Source: Lama guanicoe (lineage: Eukaryota). Taken from it: 64,000 bases of DNA. Location of the stretch: the NCBI GenBank assembly GCA_013239625.1, contig MU054187.1, positions 16,322,941 to 16,386,940 of the forward strand, given 5' to 3'. This document shows positions 51,130-63,424 of the stretch, piece by piece. The notes beneath the pieces were generated by a model, which had not been told where the DNA came from, made no database searches, and saw nothing but the letters and a program-made list of their open reading frames with translations. The stretch's first letter is position 1; every line of letters starts with the position of its first letter. Both the position numbers and the translations under genes were made by a program.

Positions 51130-51350
51130 ATGGTGACTAACACTTATGAAACACTGACCACATGACAAGGAGTGTGGTAAGTGTTCCATGTGCATTATTT
51201 AATTTAACCTAAACAATACCATTAGAAATGCATTGTTTGAGATGAAAGAATTGAAATTTGGGGAAGTTAGAAACCTACTCAAAATGGCTCTGCCAATCAA
51301 GTTGAAACAAAAATGAAAACAAGGTCTGTTTACTGCCAGATCATTACACT
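51130..51350 (-). mobile_element. MIR remnant
   Basis: ctaacacttatg...gcattattttaatttaacc...gagatgaaagaattgaaatttggggaagttag. Confidence 0.6.
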
Positions 51351-51440
51351 GTGCAACTTCTTTCTATTTAATCTTGGAGTGTTGGGTTTGACAAAAAACT
51401 TTCCTCAGATATTTAATGCTTTTTTAAACAAATTTATTTT

Positions 51441-52190
51441 GGAGAGGTGCGGCCAAGATGGTGGAGTAGAAAGACCCGGATCTCACATTCTCCCACAGAC
51501 ACACCAAGATTACAGCTCTCTGCAGAGCAACTGTTGATGAGAATGACCTGGAGACTCACAGAAAAAAAATGTTTCACAACTAAAGGTATAAAGAAGGAGC
51601 CACACCAGGACGGATCAAAGAGGCAAGGATGCTTGTAGTGAAGACCCACAACTTTGGGTAAGCAACACACACAGGAGGATAATCATGATGGCAGACGTTC
51701 TCCCCAAAGACTGAGGGGTCCAAGACTGGCATTGGTTTCCCCAGCCCGGGGGTCCTACAATGGGAAGACAAACTTTCAGAATGTCTTGCTTCGAAGGCCA
51801 GCAGACCTTCCACATGGGAGAGCCAGAGGGCCATAAGAAACAGACACTGCTCTTATATGGAGCAGGCAAAATTTCGCATGCTTCAAGACCCAGAGCAGAG
51901 GCAGTAATTTGAAAGGAGCCTGGGTCACTCAGACCCACTTGCTGATCTTGGAAAGCGCCCCCCTGCAGACATAGACACTGGATGAAGCCATTTTTAGGAC
52001 CTTATCCTACCACAAGGACAGGGGTGCTGGCCAGCACCACTTTGGAGTCTTCCCGCTAGCCCATTAGTGCCGGGGCATACCTACCCACCAGCAGGCTGGC
52101 ACCAGTGTCAGGATCCCCCAGACTGTGCAGCCAGTCATGCTGCAGTCCAGCCCCAACCACCAGCAGGTGGGTTCCAGCCACAGCAAATGG
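51441..52190 (+). mobile_element. L1 5' UTR segment without downstream ORFs
   Basis: Starts ggagagg...caagatggtggagtagaaagac (YY1-type L1 5' end). Contains acaactaaaggtataaagaagga and cccagagcagaggcagtaatttgaaaggagcctgggtca. No ORF1 follows. Confidence 0.75.
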
Positions 52191-52289
52191 CCCAAGGTAA
52201 TGTCAGTTTTTATCTGTGTTGCTACTTAACCCTCATCTTGAATATGACTGTTATTTTTTTCCACTCTACAAGAGATTCTTAATAACATA

Positions 52290-52460
52290 ATAGAAAAAGC
52301 ATGACCTTCACAGTTAGAGAACTATCCATTTGCAGCCAGTCTATATCATATCAGCTGTGTGACCTTAAGAAAGTTACTTAACCTCTCTGTAACTTGTTTC
52401 AATGTTTTAATAAGAGTGTGATAATGTCTAGGTGTTTAGCTTTATCATTAGCCTTAAAGG
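52290..52460 (+). mobile_element. MIR
   Basis: cagctgtgtgaccttaagaaagttacttaacctctctgt. Confidence 0.7.
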
Positions 52461-52954
52461 AAATAACAGACGTAGAATAACCAACATGAGGTCAAAAGTA
52501 AAGTTCTCTTCTGTTTTGTGAGGCATGTTACCTTTGTTCCTGGTCAAACTCATCAACATCCTTCTACATTAATTTCATAATTTTACAAATCAGGTGTTCT
52601 TCCCAGGATTTCAGCATCTATGAAATATTTAACATGCTTTCCAATTTTTCATCTACATTATTGATAATAATGCTAGTAGGACAAAGCAAATGGGATGTCT
52701 TCTAAAAAGAAACCTTCCAAGTTTATATTAACCAATCTTTTACTAAAATGTAGGCAAAATAAAACATCTGAACTAGATGAGATAGATATCATTGTCCCCA
52801 TTTTACAGATGAGCTTTAAAAAGTCTACAAATAATAATTCATATTCTTTCCTCTATAACTGCAGACATTTATTTCAAGAACCCACTCTAGAATGTTATCT
52901 AGAGTATGAAAAGGTTTATAGTTACTCTATTTCCTCCACATGGAAAAAATGCAA

Positions 52955-54090
52955 TTAATTCAATGGGCATCTATTTATGCCTGACATTGTCCTAGATATA
53001 GAGGAAAGCAGCAAACAAAGGTCTCTGCGTGCTCTCATGGGTATTTTGGTGGACTTGAAAACAAGAAATGAACAAGTAAGTAAAATGACAAATGATGATA
53101 CACACTAAAAAGAAAGCTACAATGGGAAATGATGGGAGGGGTGCTCTGTTATCCAAGAGCAGATGGGGAGACTCTTCAACAGGCTGCCATCTGTGCAGAG
53201 ACCTGTAGGGGCGGAGTGTCTGCTGCATCCCAGGCAGTGGGATTACCAAATTCAAAGGTGCCAAGGTGGAAGTATGCGCGGCTTGTTTAAGCAGCAGCAA
53301 AAAGGTCAGTGAGGCTGGGGTGGAGCGAATGACAGAGTTGTGGTTGTGGCAGTAGATAGATCAGGTAGGTGGGAAATGACATCTGGCAGAGGCTTCCAAG
53401 TTATGAGAAAAAAATATGAATTAATCACCAGAGGTCCTTGGCCAAAGAAGTGACATGATCTAACCTGTATTTTAAAAGGATCATCCTGGCTGCTGTGGTC
53501 AACGTGGACTGTAGGAGCAAAGGTAGAATAAGGGAGATCTGTGTGAGTAGCTGCTGCAATAACCCAGACCTCATGTTATTCAGACTAGAGTGATAATGAT
53601 AGTGGTGATGAAAAGCGGCCTGCTTTGGGGATATTTTGAAAGCAGTGCCTCTGTATTTGCAACGGTGTTACATGTGGGGTGTGAGAGAAAGAAAATCACT
53701 AAGAGTAACAGGAAGAATGAATTTGCCCGTTACTAAAGCTGGGAATCTGTGGACAGAGTCACAGATCTTAGGAGTTAAACTCAGGAGTTCATTTTGGATA
53801 TATTGAATCTGGGGTACCTACTACAAATATCCATGTGGAAACTATGAGGTTTCTACATAGGAGTCCGGAATCCAAGTCTGGAGAGGGCTGGGCAACAGGG
53901 GAAAAACAAAAACAAAAACAACTGAGACTGTCCAGAGAATGGATGACATTTTTAAGGCCATGGAAGTGGATGTGGTCACCTTGAATGAGAAGAGATAGAG
54001 AAAACAGAGGATGAAAGAAGGAATCTGCAAAATTCCCACACTCACTCACATCTAGAAGGCAAGAGGAAGAATGTATTGCAAATGGGGAGT
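52955..54090 (-). mobile_element. L2
   Basis: agtgacatgatctaacctgtattttaaaaggatcatcctggctgctgtg; caggagttcattttggatatattgaatctg; atccatgtggaa. Confidence 0.85.
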
Positions 54091-55249
54091 GAAGTTGCTT
54101 ATATCACAAGCAATTTCTTAATATTATTGACAGTAGTGCTTCGATCCCATCAGCCAGTATTCCCAGTACTCAACACGAGAACACTTAAACTTGTTTAGAG
54201 AAGTTGGATGCTCTTAGAATTCATCATCCATCTCGGCGTCGTGTAACCAGGAACGTTCTCCTGAGATTTCAACAGAAACGCATGCTTCACTGCTCAGGCT
54301 GCCCCAGCTAGAGCCACTCGGGCTGTATTTAGTTTTGACCCTTCTTTCATCTCAAATCCTTATTTTAGCTAAAACCAACCTCTTTATTTCTCATCACTGC
54401 CACCCATGGAGCAGAGCTGGACCTGTAATCCCCAGGAGACAAAGAACAGACATAAAGATTCTGATTCATAAGTTTATAAACAATCCATTGTCATATGAAA
54501 GGCTAAGTACATTTAGACATGGGTGGTCACATTGCTTGTTGTTTGCCAACCTCATTTTATGTAACCTGGACCCGCAAAACCAACAAGAGGGGAAGCACAC
54601 AGGTATAAGGTCAATTCAAGGGTTCAACAAAGTGCTCAAAATGATAGAATCAGCAGATAAAATGCTTCACAGGTTGCTAAGATACCTTAATCTGGGAAAA
54701 GAATCAGAATTAAGTTTTTGTTAAGAGGTTTATCATCCCCTCTCCTGATCCTTTGATAGAGATAGTCTATAGGAATCTTAGCTTAGTAATTATATGGCTG
54801 GTATAATTGGGAAAAAGTTAGAAAAGGGGTTTGAACAAAAAGATAACAGCTTAAGAATTTGAGAAGTCACTTGGGGAGAGTTGGGCCATCTTGAAAGTGC
54901 TTTAGGCAAGTTTAAGCTGTTTAGAAGATTTTTTCTTTGTAAAAGAAAGAAAAATAAAACTAAGCATTAATATTCTATGTGGCTCTGTACCTGATGAGCT
55001 ATTAATGGTTGAGGAAAGCAATCATAAAATCCATCTAATTATTAAAAATGGCATTAACAATCTTGTTCTCATTTGTCCTCTGGGAGAAACTCTGTTTTTG
55101 CATGTTGCACATTCTACTGTTTACTTCAAGCTATTCAATTTACTTTTCATCTGGTAAAGGGAAAAGATGCAATTTTAAACCTCAATCATTCCAAGCAGTA
55201 TCAATAGAAAAAATAAAAATTTGCAACTATATAGAGTATTTTGAAAATT

Positions 55250-55790
55250 TTATGTAAATTTATATTTTAAATAAACCCATTGAAAAGGTTGTAAAACCAA
55301 GAGCTGTCAGATACCCTTTATTCAGAAGCGATTATTTACAATTTGCCCCATTTGCTAACAATTTATTGTCTTCCTTTAGTTCTCTCAATTGATGGATGAG
55401 GCGGGGGAGGGGGGAAGAAAGAGATTTGTGTGTGTTTCTCCGTGAAACATTTGAGAGTGGGTTGCAGACATGATGACATTTTATCCCTAATTTTTCAGCA
55501 TACACTTCCTGAGAACAAGGATATTCTCGTGTATAACAATGATACAAAATCAAGATATTTCACATGCATACCATATTATTATTTAATCCACAGTCCATAC
55601 TCAAAGTGTGTCAGTTTTGTCCCCAGAATAACTATATATAAAAGCTATAAGCTTTTACCAATTCAGGATCCATTCCAAGAGGACACATTGCCTTGAGACA
55701 TAATGCCTTTTTAACCTGGAATATTTCCTCAGTCATTCTTTGTCATGTATGATCTTGACATTTTTGAAGACTATAGGCCATGTTGGTTAA
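55250..55790 (-). mobile_element. L1MC-type 3' end
   Basis: catttgagagtgggttgcagacatgatg...cctgagaacaaggatattctc...gatcttgacatttttgaagactataggcca. Confidence 0.8.
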
Positions 55791-55799
55791 TAACAATAG

Positions 55800-55975
55800 A
55801 GAGATGTAACTGTATGATATATACACGGATGTATATATATAGTAGCTGCAGCCGCTGAGAGGAACTGGAAGTAATGATACTCCAACGTGCACCCCTAGCA
55901 CACAGATCCTGGTTTCTAAATACCATTTCCTACTAAAAGAAGCTAGGATTCCTTGGAGAAATGGCTGATTTTTGG
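55800..55975 (+). mobile_element. L1MC-type segment in the opposite orientation
   Basis: ccgctgagagg...cagatcctggtttctaaataccatt...ccttggagaaatggctgatt (sense L1MC 3'UTR motif). Confidence 0.7.
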
Positions 55976-56009
55976 TGGTGAAGTTTATATTCTACTGAGG
56001 GCAGTAAAA

Positions 56010-56785
56010 ATAAATAAGAAATAATGAAATTACATAGGATAGTTCTAGATTGTGAGAGGTGTTATAATGAAATAAGGACATGATAATAAGAGAGAGAGGT
56101 CAACTTTTGTTGTGATGGACAGGGAAGGACTCCATGAATAAGTACCTTTAAGCTGAGACCCAAAGAAGAAAAAAAGGGTCAGTCATGTGGGGAAAGAATT
56201 CTACGCATAAGGAAAAGAAAGAAAAAAATCCTGATGTGGAAAATATTTGGCTGGTGCAGAGCAATGTGCACCACTTGAGGGGGAATGGGGACACGCTGGG
56301 GAGAAGGTGATGTTAGTTGAGGTTGGGAAGATAGGCACGAGCAATTCAGATTTCACTCCAGGTGCAAAGGGAAAGTCTCGGAAAGATTTAACATGGGTAG
56401 TGACATGACCTGACTCATGAGTTACGAAGATCACTTATCTGCTTTGTGAAAAATGAATTAAAAAGAGTGTAAGAATGGAAACAAACAGACCAGATAGGAG
56501 ACTGTTGTGAAAATTCAGACAACAAGTAGTGGTGACTTGCGTCAGTGGTGCTAGTCAAGGTGAAAAGATATGAGTGGATTCAGATTACATTTTGGAGTTA
56601 TGAAAACCAGTATTTCTGCTAAAATGAAAGTGTGAGGAGGCTGAGGAAAGGGGCGGATTAAAGGGTGAGGTCCAGGCTTCTATTCTGGGCTCAAGCTTGG
56701 GGAAGAAGATCTCAGGGCTTCATTCTGAGCATAATACTTTGAGATATCTTTTAAGACACCCAAAGGAAATATTAAATAAGCAGGG
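56010..56785 (-). mobile_element. L2
   Basis: cagggaaggactcc...tttaagctgagacc; agtgacatgacctgactcatg; gtggattcagattacattttggag. Confidence 0.8.
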
Positions 56786-57039
56786 AAATTTACAAATTCA
56801 AATTTACAAATTCAAATTCAAAAGAATCCTACAGGATTCTTCTTCCTTTTTTATGAGATTAAGACACAATACTTAAATGAGACCCTCTGCATCATTTCAC
56901 CAAAAATGAAAAATTAAAGGAAATCTTAGTCACCTTCAGATTTTCTGCAGATTTAAAGAGCACTGTGTGCTTAAGAAAGATGAAATATTGAGATTACCTA
57001 GAATGATTTAAGGGGGGAATTATGAGAAAAATTAATTTT

Positions 57040-57185
57040 CTAAGATAGTCTGAAGAGCTACAATTGAATAAAGGAGACTATAAGTTAAACATCAGAAATA
57101 ATTTTCTGAGCAAGAGTAATTCAAATCAGGATGTCTTTTAAGGGCTTATGAAAGCTCCTTCAACTGAGACATTAAAAATGAGACC
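57040..57185 (+). mobile_element. Possible L3/CR1 3' remnant
   Basis: aagttaaacatcagaaataattttctgagc...gaaagctccttcaactgagacattaaaaa resembles the CR1 3' end. Confidence 0.35.
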
Positions 57186-60100
57186 ATATAAAGCCTAGTT
57201 TAAAAAGGGAGAAAAAATAGATCACCAAGGAGAGGGAATAAGTGTTCTAATAATGTTTTTTAAAGTATTATTAGTATTTATGAAACCAAATCCAGTGAGT
57301 TAAATGTTCCAACTTTTTCCAGAGTTGCAACTATAGTGCTTTGTAGTCATTTTTTTTTACAACTGGTGGAGGTGAAGTTAAATGGGCCAGTGTAATTTTT
57401 TTTAAATGCCATTTCTGGAAGTTTTAATAATGCAGAGCAGAAAATTTTAAGGTGCACATCTCATGTAAAAATGGAGGTGTGTTAAAGAGAGGTAGGAGAA
57501 AATCGATGCTGCTCTGGGAAAAAGCTAGATTCACCTCTGCTTAAGTGAAGGCAAAAGTAGATTTTAGAAGAGTATCATACAACATTCAGCTGGGGAAAAA
57601 AAATGTATTTGTTGTGAGTAAGTGAATTTGATCTTAGTTGCAAAGAATTTTATTCCAAAACAACTCTCATAAACTGTATGTGTGAATATAATTTATTCTT
57701 AAGAAACGAATACATTATTTCTATTTTTAAGGTTCAATCTTGAAATTATAGGTACTTATTATTCCCCCATTAATAATTATACTTCTATAGAAGAGTTGTT
57801 TGGGGCAAATTGTATTCTTGATACAGAGCATTGGTAATCTTTTTTTTTTCAATTGTACAAAGGAATTCAAAATATTTGTCAAAAAATTATTTTAATATAC
57901 CATTTTCATGAAGGCAGCAATTTCAATTAAAAATAAGTGTGGCATTATTTGTGTATTGCTGCCCCAATTTGTTTTCCAAAGGATTTGAAGCAGAATGTAG
58001 CATCATGAATCCTGGAAGTAAAGCACCTCTGTTGTTACGTGACATTCCACCTCAGTCAAAGAAAAGAGGTGAGAGCCATTTAAATGCCATGAAGAAAAAC
58101 ATAAGAAAAATCAATGCTGAAATGAGTAATTGAATGATCTTCACAAGGGCTGAGTAGGTCATCATTAGGCATGACAGGTTGGTAACAAAATTCCTGGGGT
58201 CATTCGACCTAATGTACGTGGGATCCAGGAAGACTGGACATAGCATTTACTGCTTAGATTTACATGGCTTTAAAGAATCGGAATACAGTCATCAAGCTAA
58301 TATGAAGTGAAGGAAGACAAAATAATCAAACAGGGTGAAAATCCAGGGATATTAGTGGCCTTGGAAGGCTATAAATATAAAATATTCTTGGGAACCTCAG
58401 AAAACTGCTTTCTACTAAAGGTAAGACCACCAATATTATAAAATAGAACAAAAATTTTAAAAACCAAGTACAGCCAATAAGGATACTTAAGAGAGTTTCC
58501 GAGTCCCATGCTTCTAACAGAAAGCTCTACCTGGGGAGTGAGGGACACAGCCTTACCTGGTACCTGATAGCAGGTGCAGCCTCCTGGATGAGCATCTCCT
58601 TAATGATTAAATCTTATATTATGTAACCAAAGCAGGGAACCCCACTTCAGGCCCTCCATCAGGCTAGACCCTTCCTGAGACAAGACAGTTGCATCTTTCC
58701 TCGGTTCTCAATGATGTTGTTACATTTAGATACAGAAAAGCAGAGCAATCCCACAGCGTGCCTCCTGTTAGTCCTATCTCAGTCATGTTATATGCGGCTC
58801 TCCACTTTCAAATTACATCATCTTAGGAAAGAGTTCTGTTTTTTTAAAAAAGGAAACAAAATTGTAAAGGTTACACTGAATATTTCCAGTAATGCAAAAA
58901 TTACTGTGTCCTCTTTGTAAGGCAAACTCTTCCATTGATGAATAGCAATAATGATTAGAGGGGAAAAAAAAAAACTGCCCTGGGTGGTGTCAAAATGTCC
59001 CTGTCTACAATTCTTGTCTATTATTCCTGTTGCCTCTAATGCACTGTAGGAAATGTGCCTAATCTCTTCTCTAGGAAGATTTTTAAAAATATATTTGTCA
59101 CACACTCCGTCTTCGCTTTTTTAAACAAAGGAGTCTTACCTTTTTACACCAGTAGAAGATTGAATCTAGACCCTCCCCATGACAGCAACCCCTCCCTAAT
59201 GTGCTCCAGTGTATACTTCTTCCTCTGAACATGTGCTGACAAGAACCGTGAACCACGCACCAAATGTGCTTTCCTGGGATAGCATTATCTTTTTTTCTCT
59301 AGGCACTCTTCTCCCATTCATATTAACAACGTTAACATTAACAAACAAAACATTAACAACAACAGAAAAAGCAAGCAATCGGATGCCCTCACTTTATTGT
59401 TGGTTTATTGAGTTAACTGCCAATTAAAAAAGAAAAAAAAGCCCTCACTCCTTGTTACCTTAATGTTCTTCGATGTAAATTTCCTACCACCTTTCCACAT
59501 AGGCTCCCTTTTCAAACTTCCACTCAAGCCTTTTTACATCTAACCCAGAAAATAGCTCGGATATTTTCTAGTTCTAAATTGATCTTCCAACAGTATATTT
59601 TCTCGTAGGCATTCTCAATCAACTCTGTCTTGATCGCTGCCTCCGACTCTCTCAAGGTGGGGTCCTCTGTAAATGGGAGAGGTGCACCTTCACTGTTCGT
59701 GCTGAACCGGCGAGAGGAAGGTGAAGGCTGGGTAAACTGCCAGTAGAGACGGTGCCAGGAGGGTTTGCATAAGCCAGGCTGTTCCAACACCGTATTACCA
59801 GCCCCAGCGTCTTCTTTTCTGCGGGAATAACAGTAAACCCATTATCGGACAACGGCTAATATTCAGTTACATTTTCTGTACCAGAAGCGATTAACTTGCC
59901 TTGAGTTGGAGAATGCACGCATTTATCCAAGACCATGTACTTCCGTGTTTTAATTGAAAACTAGTGCAAAGTATTTCAGGATCTACATTTTCAGGACTAG
60001 ATTTACCCGAAGCACCTCATCCATCTTGCCCCTGATCTCTAGACCCAAACCCATGCTAGACAGGCCTGAAATAAATTATTCTGGAGATGTCCTTATATCA

Positions 60101-61379
60101 ATAAAAATGCAAATAATGTCCTAAAGCATACTTTTTAAATTCCGCTGTAGGAAGAGTCACAGTTTGGATATGGAAAGCTATAGAAAGTGTGCGTAAAATT
60201 GTTGCCATCTAATAAAAATATTTTTCCAGGTAAAGTAACTTTAAAAGAACCCTTTTTCAAACTTTGGAAGAAAGGCTGCCTAAGTCAGAACAAATCGACT
60301 TCTCTTTGGAATGGATTTGATTTATGAATGTTATTCTAATCATTAATACTTCCTAGCCTTGAAGGCCTTAAAATGGAAATCTGGAAGTCACAATTCTATT
60401 TCCTATTCAATATTATTTTCTACTTGGTTCTGGCCTCTTAAAAATTATAACTTAAACAGAGTTAATTTGTTTCTACCTATCCAAGGTATGTTAATTAGTG
60501 GGGGCAGAACAAATTATATAGAGGAGGAAGATATTATAAAAACCATATTTTCTGTATTTATTACACATTCAAGCCATATTTATGAATTTTTATAAGTTAT
60601 ATTTTTGTTCCTAAATTGTCTACACTTTATAGAATTCCAGAATACTATTTTTATATTCTAAAACATAATTTCTGCTGAAAACACTACGTAAATTCCACAT
60701 GAAGACAAGTAAAATGAATAACATGCCATCTAAAACATTTTATCATTTGTTATTTGAGCAGTTGTAGTAAAATCACCAGAGAGGAATATGGAGCTGCAAC
60801 CATCCACTGTATTTTCAAGATGCTCAGCAACCACGAAATGAATTTCACATCAAGACCATAATGAGAAAAGAGATTCCAGGATAATTTCCTATTTCTCGAA
60901 TTGGATATGAACGAACAGAGAAGGCAGATCATTTCAAAAAACAACATCTCATCCAATGGACTGAATCCTTACAATCTTTGTATTAGGAGCCAACATTTGA
61001 AAAAAGCATGCAATCACTTTGGCATGTTCAGGCAATATTTGTTTTAAATATAGTCTGCTTTTTTCAGACGACAACAACAACAAATTCTGTTTACTTAGGT
61101 TTTGTTTGTTTTACAAGTTGAATAATAATAGCAGTCTTTCCAAATTCTCCTGTGAACTGTTTCCGGAGGAAATGGTGGTATTTTTGTTATCCTTTCTCTA
61201 TGTTCCAGCAGGTCGTGTATAATTATAGCTGTTGGCTCTGTTACTGTCCACCAACATCCTCTCTGTGACAGCCCTCTCCTCAGTTAAATGAAGAACTTCA
61301 TTTTTTTGGTTGTTGTTCACAGTGTGAGTATTGGACTTAACACCTTGTGTGATGGTTCGTTGTAAGTAGGGCTGTCTTT

Positions 61380-61590
61380 CCTGAGAGATTGGAATCCAGT
61401 TGCTACCTTCTTACTAAGGACATGTTATTTAACCTCTTTAAGCCTCACTTTCTCATGCATTATGTGGGGATATCAATGGCCTTCATCTCATAGGCATAAA
61501 TTCGTATTGAATCGAACAATGAATGTAAATTGCTCATAACAGAGCCTGACATACAGTGAGCACTCAATACATGTTTCTTGTTATTGTTTA
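61380..61590 (+). mobile_element. MIR
   Basis: gttatttaacctctttaagcctcactttctc...cagagcctgacatacagtgagcactcaatacatg. Confidence 0.75.
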
Positions 61591-61789
61591 TAAAATATCC
61601 ACTTGTGCCTGACACACAGTATTTAATCAACAAACTGGAATTAAGACCATTTTTCTCATTCATTTACTCTACCCCTTCAGGCTTCATGGATTCACGTAGT
61701 ACTTAGTATATGGCACTTGTTTGTATGATTTTATTTTAAGATTCCCTAATATATTAGGGTTCCCTCGGGTGTCCCCTTTTATATAAAAA

Positions 61790-61925
61790 GAAAAGGTGAT
61801 GTGGTAAACTAAGTTTGGGATGCAGGGCAAATTTAAAGAGCATTCTCAACATCATTAATATGTTAATGTGAGGAATGAATCTCCAACAGCATCTATGCTG
61901 CTTTCCAAATACTTAACTTGACCAT
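61790..61925. mobile_element. MER103-like hAT remnant
   Basis: gtggtaaactaagtttggga...tgttaatgtg...gaatctccaa...tttccaaatacttaacttgaccat (imperfect internal inverted repeat). Confidence 0.5.
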
Positions 61926-62589
61926 ACGACCAACTCCCACATCCACCACCTTTCTTTAAAACAGTTTTCCCATTGTTGCCTATAATCATTATCTGCTTGC
62001 TTTGTTTTTAATGCCTTGAGACATTAGTTGCCTACAGGCTCATCAAGGGAAGTGACTGGCTTTCCAGTTGCCTTTATATCTTTCCACAACACCCATCAGG
62101 GCTGGTGCGACTACAGGGGTCTTATCTTTATACATCAACCTGGCTTACATATTTAGAGTGTTGGCTAAGAGAGCTGCCTGCTTCCCAGAACCGCAGTGCG
62201 GGATTCCCCGGAAGCTTAAATCATTATCCATGAAGAAAATCACCTCCACTTTCCTCCTCATCCATTCCCTTCCTCCAGACTAGGAGCACTGGGCTCCCTG
62301 CCGAGTTCTCAGCTGGAGGACCAGGTCTTGTGTAAGGGAATCTAACCTGACAGAAATTCTATGAAATTTCCACCAGAAATTCTTAAGCAGGTGACCCATC
62401 AAGGGCGGAATTTTCTACAAGAGTCAGACCACTGCCTGATCTCACTCGGGACTGAGGGATTGGAGGGACCCCAAAGGAAAGCAAAACCCAAGTCCCTTGA
62501 GGGAGCCTGAGGAATAGATTTATAAAGAACCTGAATGAAATTTCCTAGTCTCCTGAAGACTCTTTGAGTCACATTTAAAAATACCTGCA

Positions 62590-62733
62590 CTCAATGAAAA
62601 ATTAAATTAAATTAAAAAAAGAATGTGAATGTATGTATATTCATATGTGACTGGAAAATTGTGCTGTACACCAGAAATTGACACAACATTGTAAACTGAC
62701 TATAACTCAATAAAGAAATTAAATTTAAAAATT
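62590..62733 (+). mobile_element. Short L1 3' end with perfect 16-bp TSD
   Basis: gctgtacaccagaaattgacacaacattgtaaactgactataactcaataaa. TSD tttaaaaatacctgca at 62574-62589 and 62734-62749. Confidence 0.92.
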
Positions 62734-63424
62734 TTTAAAAATACCTGCAAAATAAGAATCTTGTACATAGGAAAAGTGATAAGTCTATTGATGAAAGAGT
62801 ATATGGGAGAACATTTAAGGGAGAGATTCTCAGGGGAGAGATCATTATAATAAAAGTGGTCATACTTTTATTTGCATTGCACAGTATTACAATTGATATT
62901 GTTTTGTATGTACATATAGAGATAAAGCTATATTTATACATACATGCCTTTTTTCACATAGAACTACTCTAGAGAGAATACTCGGAAGAAGAAATTTTCT
63001 AATAGCTTTGAATCCAAAGATTTTGTAAGATGTTTTAAAAGGACAAAGTAAGTATGTAGTAAAGGAAATAAAAAATGTTCTCCTTTAACGACACCCCTAT
63101 ATTTTATTTGAACAATGAAAGCATTAAAAAAAAAGGAGTCTAACATTCAAACTAAAGAATTCACTTGGTCTTCAGATTAAAAATGTATTTCTGGGTAGTA
63201 TGATAAGGTTTATTTCCAATTACTTTCATGCCACCCCCGTCATCTTCCCTCCCGTTGAATTCAGTAACTATTTTAGACCTTGAATGGGCTGTGGGGCTGG
63301 GTGCTCAGCTGCTGCACAGGTCTGAATGAAGACAAGGTAGCAATCCTTTAATTTATAGTAAACATCTTGTCACCGAAGATGAGGTTGGAAGGGGAAGAGT
63401 GGGTTTTCAAAAAGTGTTTTTTTC

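Noticed and set aside
52884..52905. 8-bp inverted repeat (similar one at 42883-42902)
   Set aside because: Expected by chance in 64 kb of AT-rich DNA.
54335..54724. 129-aa ORF with faint CR1-like words (LSYERL)
   Set aside because: Similarity is too weak and not colinear, and the start is non-ATG.
59524..59790. 88-aa minus ORF
   Set aside because: No recognisable homolog and no convincing in-frame donor; kept only as part of the non-coding candidate block.
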